Below, piece after piece: positions 52,820-64,000 of a DNA stretch of 64,000 bases; the stretch's first letter is position 1; each line of letters opens with the position of its first letter. The translations under genes were made by a program, and so were the position numbers. The notes beneath the pieces were generated by a model that was not told the origin of the DNA, ran no database searches, and worked only from the letters and a program-made list of their open reading frames with translations. The DNA is from Raillietiella orientalis. Taxonomy: Eukaryota. Location of the stretch: positions 1,054,001 to 1,118,000 of the forward strand of contig JAYWIR010000033.1 of NCBI GenBank assembly GCA_036172245.1. Direction: 5' to 3'.

Positions 52820-53500
52820 ATGACTCTGGTTGACCTGAAGGCTTCGGATGCCGTACCGGCGGGCGCCAGATGTCCCCGCTGAGTGGCTGGGATTGGGAGT
52901 CGACCCTCCGGGGTCCTTCCAAGACATCGAGGAGCTCTCCGGGGTTCTCCTCTGTTGAGAAAATGCAGCCGCTACCATGGAGATGGTTGATACTCCCTCC
53001 GGGGCGTTGCCTCTCCAGAGTGTCAAGAAGAGCTCTGCTCCCTTCAGGCAAGCTCACCCTTTAGACAAATTGGGAAGCGTCCCTTTGGGGTTTTCTTCAG
53101 AGGAGGAGACCAGGAGTGGATCCTTTCCAGATTCCCTACGGAGAAAAGGAGAGCGGTCCTACAGACAGGAGGGTCCCGCAGGAGGGAATAAGAATTCTCT
53201 TCGGGATTCCCTCTTAAGAATGAGAGAGGAATGCACTCATTCCTCCGGAACCCTTCCTGAATTCATGAAGCGATACCTTCCCGGGGTGCCCTCTAACTCT
53301 AAAAGCTGCATGCACCCTCAGGTGGCGTGGAAGGTGTCAAAGAGCTCCGTGAGCTCCGTCCTAAGGAGATAAGTGGTCCTTCAACACCTGGCGAATCAAA
53401 AAGAAGAAAACCTGACAATAATAATAAGAAAAGCTGGAAAGGAAGCAGCGGAACAGGGGAGCCAGAAAAGATCATCGGGAGCCGCGGTGTGGAGAGATCG
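52820..53500 (-). repeat. Dispersed RT-like subfamily, copy D
   Basis: The reverse complement aligns by eye to 44960-45510: FMNSGR, LKKTPKGRF, SINHLHGSGCIF, ELLDVLE..SG. Confidence 0.7.
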
Positions 53501-53699
53501 CCTGCCTGGAAGGTGCGTCTTCAGCGGTGTCTGGGACGGCGCGCAAGCGGTTCCTAGGGAGGCACCAAATGCACGCTGCGGTCGTGGCGCCTGCATCGGA
53601 TGACATTCGTTGCTGCATCCATCAGCCATGGAGGAGCGGAATCCACAGCCACGCTTCGGTGTCATGCTGCCGCGTTGTCCGCCGTCGACAGGGAAGGCG

Positions 53700-54864
53700 G
53701 GAGAGCAGCCCGGAACGCCTCGGGCGCCCTCGAGGACGGAAAAGAAACTTCGGGGTTCAACAAGGGATCCTGGAGGGGAGCAGATTGTCCACTAGATCCG
53801 CATCCGCGGAGACTACGTCCGGAAGGTGGCGGCGAGGATGCCTGACGAAGAGTAGAAACCTCTGCAACACTCCGCTCCTCACCAACTGGACGAACCGTTG
53901 CCTCGTGGCGACGGACGCCGTCACTCTCAGCATCCGCACAGATCCCTAGAGCAGCCGGCAGCGTATCCCTCTCAGTGCAGTTCCTGGGTATGCTTCTGCG
54001 CGTGTGCTCCCGTGGAACCCGATGGAAAATACTGGCAGGGCCTCGGGGGAGCTGCATTGCCCAGCCATCCTGCGGGGCGATTTCCGTCATCCAGTTCCGG
54101 TGCGAGCGGCAGGAGCAAGAGGACTGCTCACAGAGGCAGCGTGTGATTCCGCGCACGAGGACTGCGCCCTCTTCCTGTCCTCCTCCTTCTGGAAGACCTG
54201 CCTGAGAATGCCGCCCCAGCTTGTGGGCAACGTCAGCTGCGTCTCAGCTGTGGGCGGAATCCCTCGAGGGCGCAGTTTCGGAAGGGCGAGCTCATCCCTG
54301 GATACCGGCTGGAGGAGAACCCTTCCGCGGCAGCGGGAGCTCTTTGCAGACTTTCCGCGAACCAGCATCTCTGAGAGATCACGTAGATCTCGCGCCTCCG
54401 TGTCGGTCGGCATCGGAGCGGTTCGCGCTGCTTCTCTTGCCTCCCGCGTGGCACCCCACTTATCGCGGCGAAGCCGGTCGGAACACGAGGAGCGCCGGAA
54501 CTCACCACGTATTCCTGATCCTCGGGATGAACAGTGGCTGCAGCCCCGTAACGTCTCTTCGCGCGCGTGGCTCCACGTCGCCTGCGCCGGCGATCGCATC
54601 TTCGCTCCGCTTCCGTGGAGACGTGGCGGGCAAGAAGCTGCGGCAAATGAAGCCCGGAATGACGGAGACGCCATCGCCACTGTCTCCTCTTTCCCGAGGA
54701 GGGCGATAGGATGGCATCACGTCGCGCATCTCATGGAGGAACTTGCCTGCAGACCCCTGTGGGCAAGCTGCTCGCGAGCAGCAATCGCTTCTGGAACTCC
54801 TACCGACGTAGTGAAATGGCAGTCTCAACTACGGAAAAATGACTTCATTGTGTCGCCAGTTTAG
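53700..54864 (+). mobile_element. L1/Tx1-like ORF2 thumb-to-zinc-finger fragment
   Basis: NLCNTPLL, AHPWIP, IFAPLPWRR (compare LFPLPWKQ at 27884) and HVAHLM..RPLW, in the same order as the 27 kb copy. Confidence 0.6.
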
Positions 54865-55313
54865 CTGCCCATATCTTCTTTCACAGCAATCACTACGGAG
54901 ATGACCAGATGAAAATCAGAACCTCGGAGAGTGCACCACGGAACACGTAAAACGCAACGTAACTACGAAAGCAGCTTGCCAATTAGAAGCTGGGCCGTAT
55001 TATGGTAGCAGTTGAGGGGCGAAGACATTGGCTTCTGACTTTAGTCGAAGCGGCGGTGCATTGCTCTCATGGCAGTCTCACTTTCTAGAGCTGCTGTCAG
55101 AGGAGGCCAAACCTTACGTGCATTCCATCAATGCTGCTTCCGGATTTCTACTTTGCAAGAAAGCAAAATCCGAAATCCTTTCTCGATGTGTAAGAAGCGG
55201 TTCAGTCGGATCGAAGCACGTGGGAGAGATGAGAATGCTTTTATAGAAGATTCGATCCGGGTCTGTCGCATGTGCTGGTGGCAGATGGTGAACTTTGCCT
55301 GGGCAGAACAAAT

Positions 55314-55774
55314 CCAGAGGAAACTCTGGCGAAGATCAGCAACCACCCCTTCGCCCTAAGAGCTGGGTGCGAGGGAGGAAGACGGATCCAACCAGCTGCC
55401 CGTTTCCTTAGGGGGAGCTGGAGCTTGTCGGAGCGGAAAAAGAGGGAAGAAGACTCATCTGGTGAAGCGGTCTTCGGAGCGAAATGACCACCGACCCGTT
55501 CTGAACCTTCAAACGAGCGGAAAGTTCGTTTGCCTGCACGCCGAATCGCCGGCCGCCGGCTCCGCAAGATGTCCCGGTGCGCCCATCCAGGCAGACAGAG
55601 CCGATGCTGAGAGATGAAAGAACATCACTTACCACGCGATGTGCTGAGGAATGGCCTTTTCAAGTTTGGTGACGTTTGTAAGACGTGCGGCAATGCTGGA
55701 AGGATACTTCTTGTGATGTGGTTCACTTCAGACGAATTTGAATAATGCATTGACACCAACATTATGCCTCTGTT
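55314..55774 (+). repeat. 461-bp dispersed direct repeat, copy 2
   Basis: Matches 5262-5722, with sharp boundaries on both sides. Confidence 0.95.
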
Positions 55775-55899
55775 GGTGTGCCTCATTGCAAGGTAGCTGC
55801 GAGGTAGCCTCATTTGGGTTGGCATTCGGTTGCGTCGGGGCGTTTATTTACATGGAAATAAACATACAAGTCAGTGGCAGTACGCTTGGTGCTGCCTCG

Positions 55900-56760
55900 T
55901 TGCATACATACGAAAAGGACCCTGCCGAGAACCGGCACGCAGGCCGGCGTGGTCCGGAAGCATATGGGAAAGGGAGACAACAAAAAAGAAAAATAAAACA
56001 AAGAGCATATCAAAAAAAACATGGGGAGGGTTCGGGAAGGGATCACCGTGTGCTGGAGGGCGTCCTCTGCATCCTTTGCAGGCTGCGGCCAAGTTCCTGT
56101 TTTAAGGTTCCCAGAAGGGTATTCTCATGAAGAAGACGGCAAAATGGATGACGACCCTGTCGTTCTGACATTCTCTGGAGTTGCTGCATGCAGCCACGAT
56201 CCCGAACGGGCATGGAGCCGGCGTGATGGCGTTGTGCTGGAGAAGGTGCTTCAGAATGTCACTGGAGTTGCCCTCGGGGTTCCTCAGGGACGCGACAAGA
56301 CGTTTCCACAAAGGACGGAGGGCAACACAATCTATGTGGGACTCTATGGGGAGGGACTCTGTTTCTCCGCACCTGCTGCAGTTGGGACTTGCACCCTCTC
56401 GGGTCAAGTGGTGTCGGCAGGCGTCGCACGGGAGGCCCCAATGCAACAGCAGGGTCGCCGACTCCTGCCACTTTAGATGAAAGATTGTGCTGTTGGACGG
56501 GTGGGCTCATCTGCGAGGGTGGTGGCGGAGGACAGCCACATTGTGTCCGTCTGTTCCTCTCTATGGGATGTACCTTCAAGAGCCTTGGGTCTTCCCCGAC
56601 TTCTCTCTTGCTGAAGCCTACTCCCGTTGCCTTCGCAGGACAAAAGAGGCGCTTCACCACTTCTCCATTTGTAGGCTGCTCTTGTCGGAAAAGGCTGCGG
56701 CTTGGAATTCTTTTGCTGTTGTCCTCCTCCGTTCTGTTTGATTTCTCCTTCTGAGAAATC
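55900..56760 (-). mobile_element. L1/Tx1-like ORF2 zinc-finger and C-terminal fragment
   Basis: NCSRCGETESLPIESHIDCVALRPLWKRLVASL in ORF 56102..56446(-). Confidence 0.7.
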
Positions 56761-57423
56761 TTCAACATTGGGAAGAAGCGAATGGCGTGCGGAGGAGCGC
56801 ATTTCCGTTCGCCGTTTCGTTTTGTCATGCGCTCCGCACGGAACGGCATGGACTCGATTTAAACCCACCAGCTCAAAATCAAAAAAGAAGCCTGGGACAT
56901 CTCCTGCTTGCCTTGCATTCCTTCGCTCCGTGCTAATCAACTTTTGTGTGTTCGCTATTGGGAGATGGGAGTATCCCGCCATTCTGTGAGGAGCTGATCT
57001 TCCGTGCAGTATCTAAGCGACCACGCTCATCATGGTGCACCCTGAAGCTGGGAAGGAGAGAGCAGAGCGAGTGACTCCGGCAGCTGAGCATCTGTGCATC
57101 TGCTGGCTTCTAGAGAGATGCAATCATTGTCATTAGTCCACGCGGGGTGCTTCCAGACAGGAAAATGAACGTCCAAAGTAAACATCAGTCCTAAGGAACT
57201 TTCCTCGTACGCCGACTTCTAAGTCGCCTACACAGGAAAACAGGAAACACTGAGGCAAGCGAACAATCAAAAAAATGAATAAATAATGAGGGAAGGGAAG
57301 GAATCACAGCTTACATTGGCTGAGCCCTCTGTAGCCTCCCTGAGATTCAGCAGGCAACCTCCTTTCTTCACTGCAGCAGAGTAGGCCCTTCGGCGACACT
57401 CCTCATCGTTGAGGAACCTCCTC

Positions 57424-57480
57424 CACCTAAGCTAACCTTGCCTTACCTAACCTCAATTTATCTTACCTAACCTAAGCTAA
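57424..57480. repeat. Short degenerate CTAAC/TTAGG-like tract
   Basis: cacctaagctaaccttgccttacctaacc..ttacctaacctaagctaa. Confidence 0.7.
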
Positions 57481-57749
57481 AATTCTGGAGCTCCTCAACG
57501 GCTCTGACGCCTCCTAAATGCCTTTCCTGACGCATCCCGCGTGTACTGGGACTCGATGAGGGATTGACACCTGTCCGGCAGGCTGAGGTCCGCAACGGGT
57601 GAAGAAGCGACGCAGCAGCTCCTTCGGAAAGTTTTCGGGTCGGAGCAGGGCAGCCCCAGGTAGGTTCCAAGCAATCCGAAGGACACTGCGTGCCGAAAGC
57701 AGATGCGGGATCGTTCCTAATTCCCCGCATCTGGAGAGCTTCTGTTTGA

Positions 57750-58500
57750 GTGCCAGATGCCGGCACAGGTTGCACGGGAACGGGCCCCAAGCGCGCGTAC
57801 GGCCAAATCGCGTGCTGCCACCCCAATAGGGAGGGCGGAGTCTCCTCTACTTCCGTAGGTGGACCGGAGCTAGCTCCACCGGTCGGAGCAGCGCTTTCGC
57901 GCAGGCAGAGGACCACTCGCCGGGTCGTCTCGTCGCTCGCTCGATGGTGCGCGAGGATTCCTAGCCCACCGGTGGATGATCACGGTTGTTCTCCCGGAAG
58001 GAAGAGGACGGCGACGTGGCTGAGAAGGTGGAGGCGGCCGAAAGTCTACTTTTCCGGGTCCCGTCTCGCGTCCTTCGAGGGTACCGCGGCCTGTTCTTGG
58101 ATTGCGGGTTAGTCGAGCCGAGGCTGGGTTGGTCATCGAGACCGACCCAGCCTAACATAATGAGACGCGGATGCAGACTCCTGACGCCTCAGGTTCGTGG
58201 GGCGGCTCCGAGAGGTGCTTCGAACTGGTCCACAAAAGGATGGAATGCGGACGGTCAGGAGAGAGGCAAAGGCACCATGAAGAGGGGCGCGTCGAGTGAC
58301 GTGCGACTGCGGTGGGAGACGATACCCGAAGAGGTGTCAGGGAGCTGCTTGACGACCGTTTGGCTTCCGGACGAGCTTCCCCTGGACTGGAGACGGGGAA
58401 GGCGGAACCGTGCGTTCGCTCCGGCAGCCCGCGATCCATTTTCAAGACTCAGCATCCGCTCGTTTCAGAACGGTCACTCCCTCGCAGACATTTGAATAGT
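57750..58500 (+). pseudogene. Decayed RT N-terminal half of a LINE
   Basis: MITVVLPEG, WLRRWRRP, VIETDPA and FGFRTSF occur in RT order. Confidence 0.4.
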
Positions 58501-58979
58501 GGGCTGGAATAGTGATGAAGTCTCCAACGGTGATACTGCGTCCGCGTCGGCGCGCCAGAACGCCGCTCGTTGACTAGCAGCCGGGAATCGCGAGCGCACC
58601 TTCCGGTGTTCCCTCCAGATGTTGAAAGAGCGGTGTCTTTATAGCTTCCCTTCCCCTGCTTCACGTGCGCAGCCCGTAAAAGCGGGAGAGCCCGTGGGTC
58701 ATCGCTGGAGGCTTTGATCAGCCACTTTGATTTCCCCGTGGCGTGAAGCAACGGTTGACGTGTGCTCTGCGAAGCGAAGAAGGAGAAGCAGCTCGAGTGA
58801 CGAACGTGCGAAACAGTAAAGACGAATGAGGTATTGCGTCTTCCTCAGGCACTGGCCTGTGGTGATCTGCCCGTGGGGTTGCTGCTGTTCCAGAACGAAG
58901 AACAGCATCCCTGGGAGGCGCCACGTGGAAACTGCTTGACCTCTCCCACGCCACTCCGCGCACTCCGCCTACGGTAGAG

Positions 58980-60520
58980 TCATCTATTGAATTTGTGGTC
59001 CTTCTCTTGAGCTGGAACACCTCAGTGTTTCCGTTGAAGTGAAAGGCTGACGAGATGCTAGTGTTTCTGCATTGGGGAACCCAGTGCAATGAGCGCTATC
59101 ACCTCGTCTCTGGCACGGATTGGGAGGATCGATCCCGTACCTGCCATTAGACTGTGGCGGTCTCCAGGAACTGTGGCGGAGACTGGCACCAGAGCTCTTG
59201 CACCCGGAAGACACTACCCGTGACCTGCTAAGGCGGTTCTTCGCGCGTTGCGGACTCTCGGTTGGTGCAACGATCACGACGGCGTGTTGCCTCCGTTGAC
59301 TTGTGAGTTTAGCCACCTTCCTATCCAGAATGTGTTTGATGACACCATCACCTTGCTACAAACCTTCCAGATGACGAGGAGGCGTTCACCTCCTTGGATA
59401 TAGCAGCGCCCACGTTCCCTCGCTCAACTCTGTTAGAAGTGGAAAAAATAAATGAAAGACTGCCGCCTCGAACCTGAGGATGTTGAGTTTGGTGAATTGC
59501 CACCTGTAGAAATTTCAAGGAAATTTCGAAGAAACACAGAGGATCTGCGGAGCGTTGAACATCAGCGTGGCAACATCACCCCTCGTGGACGCAAGATGGA
59601 CCTTTGCAGATGAAGATCAGAAGCTAGTCTTCATGGACACTGCTCTTCATCCATCCATGGGGAAGATGCTCTGATCAAGTGCTTGTAATCTGGAGCAGTC
59701 AGCCGTGTCATCTCCCGCTGTGAAACCAAGGGACCAGGGAAAAAACCATGCCGTGCACTGAACTTGAAGGGGGAGCCACTTCCTCAGTTCAGAGAGAAGT
59801 GAATCTGAAGCGCGTTACCTATTTACTCGTGCTCACTGATCAGGGAATCGCTTGTCGCAAAAAAGACCAGATGCAGAAGATGCGAAGACTGGGATGAGAT
59901 GCTGCCTCACGCATTAAATCGTCGCTTGTGGCACTCTCTCCTGTGGCACTTTTCGAATGGGGACACGCTGACTGCTGAGGGGAAAAGGAAAAAGTAAAAA
60001 CTGAAGGACTGAATGGGAGTGAATCAGCAACTACAATGCATCAGTCAGCAATCAGAGTGAATCATCGAGGAGGAAAGGTGGAAGATCCAGCCAGCAGCCC
60101 AGAGATGCGGTGCACGGTGCATTGCTTCACCGGTTGAGGACGGCAAAGGAGAAACGGTGTCCTGCAATGAACTTGTTCCTGCAGTGGACTGTGGTCTTCG
60201 TCCGGATCTGGTGCTGCTCCAGGGGAGAAGAGTGGTCGTCCTGGACGTTGTCTGCTCTTTTCGGGACACCTTTGAATGCGTTCAGAAGTGCTTGAGGAGG
60301 AAATGAGATCCGACACACACTATGCCTGCCGTCCCCCTGTTGAACACGAATGCTCACAGGTGACGTCAAAGTCCCAATAATCTCAAATGAAGAGGTGATG
60401 AAACCTGTAACCGGCCAGCCTCGAGTCCGGCTCCGCGGCATGACGTCAGCGTGCGCGATCAGCACGCCGGCCAACAACAAGGCCGATCCTCAAAATGAAG
60501 AGGCGATGCGAGAGCTGGAG
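58980..60520 (+). mobile_element. 3' part of RLE-type (NeSL/Utopia-like) retrotransposon, interrupted by a 159-bp insertion
   Basis: PYLPLDCGGL (~59135); DQGK (~59730); RCRRCEDWDEMLPHALN (~59869-59919); insertion at 59950-60108; then HGALLHRL, GLRPDLVLLQGRRVVVLDVVCSF (60193-60261) and SNEEVM (~60385). Confidence 0.8.
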
Positions 60521-61253
60521 ATGCTGCGGCTATGCCTCGGCAAAATGGGACTCCTTGTGGTTGCCTTCAGCATGGTCGCTTCTAAAAATAGACGCATGGG
60601 CTGAAAGGTTTTGCCCACGAAGGAGGAGGAGGTGAGAACATCGACGCCCACAGCAAGAAGTGGTGCCCACTGATACGGAGCGGAAAGAGGGGAGGGTATT
60701 TTTGGAAACGAAACCGTGACTACGGACAAGAACGTGCCTAAGAAAGTAAACAAATCGAGGTCCTGCTGATTCCTCCCCTTCACTCAATAAAGCGAGCCAG
60801 TTCACGTGCCTTCTTGGAATTCGCAGGTTTTTCAAGATCCAGTGGTTCTTGAGATGCCAGGATGCTGACGAGCCGGCCCCCAATCGCGCGAACTGGAGCT
60901 TGGTTTCCTCCTGAGAGCGGAAGAGGGAGAGCGCGGTGCACGTTCTCCTCAACCCCCCCTTCTTTCCTTTTCTTGTGGAGCGTGGCTCCAGTTCTTCTCT
61001 CCCTCTCTCTTCTTCCTTGCTCCTTTTTGAATGCTGCCGACTCGGTATGCTCTTTTCAGAACGAGGTCAGATCTTGGCAGCGATCCCACACCAAGCATCT
61101 CTGGGCTGCTGGCTGGATCTTCCACCTTTCCTCCTCGATGATTCACTCTGATTGCTGACTGATGCATTGTAGTTGCTGATTCACTCCCATTCAGTCCTTC
61201 AGTTTTTACTTTTTCCTTTTCCTCTCAGCAGTCAGCGTGTCCCCATTCGAAAA
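59950..61253. repeat. 159-bp inverted repeat pair (59950-60108 and 61095-61253), spacer ~986 bp
   Basis: The arms are reverse complements with one mismatch seen. The ORF track shows the identical peptide HLWAAGWIFHLSSSMIHSDC on both strands. Confidence 0.95.
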
Positions 61254-61749
61254 ATTGAATTCTGAGGAAGTTAGGAACCTATTTACCTATCACAATCCAC
61301 CCAGTCTGCACACTGTTTCTTTGGCAGCATTCGACTTTCTTTCCATTCAGAGTCCCTGGATGATCTCATGGCTCCCACCTCAGATTGCCATCATGCGAGG
61401 AGTGCATCATCAGAAAATCAAGTGGTCGAGTGAATGCACCGAGAGAAACCTTGGAGACAGAAAGGGAGAATCTCGAAGTGCGCAGGTCATGCTCATCTGA
61501 GGTTACGAGGACTCGGACGTGCCATCCAACCTGCTCGGGAGAAGACGTTTCAGGGGAAGAAATGGGATGAACAGCACAGTGCAACGATGGAGACAAGAGG
61601 AAGCAGATGGAGAACAGGCAGCAAAAGGTTATCATGCGCTGAAGGATGGCGGAGAAAGAGAACTCAATTCGGAAAGCTTCTTCACGTCATTGATGCAGAC
61701 CGAGATCCCAACTCCGAGATCCAGAGCGGTCACAATCCCTAAGGACGAT

Positions 61750-61929
61750 AAAACATAAATACGTTTGCGTATTCTGCGTAGATTGATATACAAAGTTATT
61801 TCAATATACATGCCACTCATATTTATTAGCATGCATATTATTAACAGTAATATTACTGAAACAGATACATTTGTTAAGATTGATCGACATACATTCTATC
61901 AATAAAATTAAGAAGCTGTTGATTATTAA

Positions 61930-62021
<92 letters not shown>

Positions 62022-62165
62022 GAACATATATTTATTTATTTTTATAATCGTCGCACCATATATTAATCTTTACAGAAATATATGCATGTTGAGCATATCT
62101 ATTTATTTTTTATATTCTTTAATACGTACATATCAACAATATCGATCAACAGCTTATTAACCATA
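61750..62165. repeat. AT-rich island with (TA)n microsatellites (61932-62017)
   Basis: Directly visible. Confidence 0.9.
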
Positions 62166-62169
62166 ATGA

Positions 62170-62960
62170 CAACGGGGGGGTCCTCAGTCAACAGCTGAGT
62201 CCACAGACGTGAGCCCTTCGCCATGGTACGCTGAGTGACGGCATTCGTCAACTCGCGGGTCTTCCAGACACCAAAGAATTTTGTCATTCCTGCAGGAAAC
62301 CCCCATCCCGCCAGTAGACAGCTGTCGTCGTTTGCCCTGCGTGCAGACAGCGCTGTGGCAGGAGGTGTGGCGTCCAGGATCCTTAACTTCTTCGGGTCCT
62401 GCAGCACCTCTTTACGGCTGAGGAAGAGTCGCAGGGAAGAGACGAAGTTCGGTAGAGCGCATTCCTCGGAACATGACCCAGGACATGATCACTCCCTGCC
62501 GTCGAGCAGCAGACTTCATAGGGCGACAGGAGATTTTCGGATGGGCTTCTAGACAGGAGACGAGCTGCCTCAGAGGGAAGCCAAATTCCTTACGGGCGAG
62601 ATCGAAGTTTCCTTGGATGGCAGAGGAAACCACTAAACGCATACGTGGCTCATAGGTAGCTCATCAGGTGATCTCCCCAGAAGATCTATGGCAGCCACAG
62701 TGACGTGCAACAGTTCCTTGTTCCTCATGAGATGGTAGTCAACAGCAACGAAGCTCTTGCAGCGGCATATGCGCCACTGAGCGAACGGCGTCACCCACCA
62801 TTGCACACGAGGTGGTGAATGGTGGTGTCTTTACGTCGGAGACGGATCTGCCTAGCAGTGGTCCACCTAGGCGCTCAAAGGACATCCCCAGGAACTTTCT
62901 GAGGCCTCTGTTTACATGTGAGGGGTCGCCCTCTGCTGCAGAGATGACAGCATCAGGTTT
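62170..62960 (-). mobile_element. L1/Tx1-like ORF2 post-RT fragment
   Basis: KEFGFPLRQLVSCLEAHP and LDATPPATALSARRANDDS..GVWKTRE match 27420-27770 (KGFGFPLRQFASLVNAH; LDATPLAAALPVLRARDDS..GVWKTRE). Confidence 0.8.
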
Positions 62961-63449
62961 CCACTGCTGCAGCACTGAAACAAGGGTTTTGGAAGAAGGA
63001 CAATGATTCCACCTGAGAACAAGGATGAATGCGGATGCAGAGGTCGCAAGCGGATGACCAGTGATGCATATAGACGCATCACATACCTTCCAGAGTTATG
63101 TGTATATGTATGCATCCTTTTTTTTGGGGTCTTGGAAGGCGTACTCAATCCCACTGCAAATCCCACTGTATCCTCGCACCTCAGGAATCCTCTCTCTTTG
63201 TACATCGGAATGCTTTCTGCCCTTTTTTCCTACCAGCACGACATGGCCAGCAATCGACTTAGATGTTTCAGCTCACTTGCCAGCTTTGACGACGTTCGCT
63301 CCGTAAGCAGCTTCCATCTTCATGCTTCAGTGACTTCCCAGACCTTTAGGAATCAGCATCTGTCAACGTTAAATGCTTGTTTGAATCCTCTGGAACTTTG
63401 TACATTGAAGTCTTCCTCCCCTTGGGGAACGAAACTGCTGCAGGACGCA

Positions 63450-63990
63450 CACCAACATTTGCTGATTCTCAGAGAGATCGACGTTTCTGCCTTTCCATTT
63501 GCTGATTAGCTCATTTCTTTACTGAGAAAGAAAGAGAACTTGGGAAAAGTTGACTCTTCACCTTGGCAACATGCAGACTCTTCTGCTCCTCCGTGAAAAT
63601 CGCCAGTTGCGTGACGAGATGTTGCTTCTTCCACAGCGCTGAATGTTGCTGCCATTAGTCTCTGGTGGTCAGTTAGTTGCCTGCGGTTCTTCATGCTTCC
63701 TCACATCGATTGCGGCCATGAGCCGGCATCATTGGTCCAAGAAGCCGAGATTTCGTGCTTGAGACTCGTGTGTTTTCGTGCGTTCATATGTAGAATGTTA
63801 TGCTTCTTCCACTTTTATTCTTGTAGCTGAACCAATCCTTCTGACAAAGAGCCCACAGACCGATCATCATCCACCGTGTTTTGTCTCGAGTCTGCCCTTC
63901 AAACCTCCAGAATTTTCGATGCTTCCTTTTTCTCCCTTTGAGCTGAATCTGGAATGATCTTGTTGAGAACGCTGTGGAAACCCTGGGCTC
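63450..63990 (-). pseudogene. Possible decayed APE endonuclease
   Basis: LETK (QET-like), DQ*CRL (D..GR-like) and TGDFH (GDFN-like), in order. Weak. Confidence 0.25.
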
Positions 63991-64000
63991 TATGCAATGA

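Noticed and set aside
5262..55774. LTR pair of a giant LTR element
   Set aside because: No TG..CA termini, PBS/PPT, TSD or gag/integrase, and the interior is unrelated LINE debris.
59950..61253. MITE or DNA transposon with 159-bp TIRs
   Set aside because: No TSD, and the interior continues the flanking RLE retrotransposon ORF.

Overview
This is eukaryotic-looking, gene-poor DNA: a mosaic of GC-rich blocks, AT-rich islands, microsatellites and long homopolymers. I found no intact host gene, rRNA, convincing tRNA or CRISPR array. Most recognisable sequence is decayed non-LTR retrotransposon, of two kinds. (1) An APE-RT-CCHC family (L1/Tx1-like), with one near-complete but frameshifted ORF2 at about 24.9-28.6 kb and more than 15 fragments on both strands. 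(2) A restriction-like-endonuclease (RLE) family resembling NeSL/Utopia, with about 5-6 3' fragments. Younger near-identical duplications sit on top of these: a 461-bp direct repeat 50 kb apart, a ~420-bp inverted copy 42 kb apart, and local 159-bp and ~80-bp inverted copies. At least one of them interrupts an older ORF and looks like a templated insertion. A four-copy subfamily keeps RT-like motif spacing but shares non-canonical residues at the catalytic motifs. All protein assignments are by-eye motif recognition across frameshifts, not database hits, and relic boundaries are approximate. I see no evidence for a novel intact multi-gene system.
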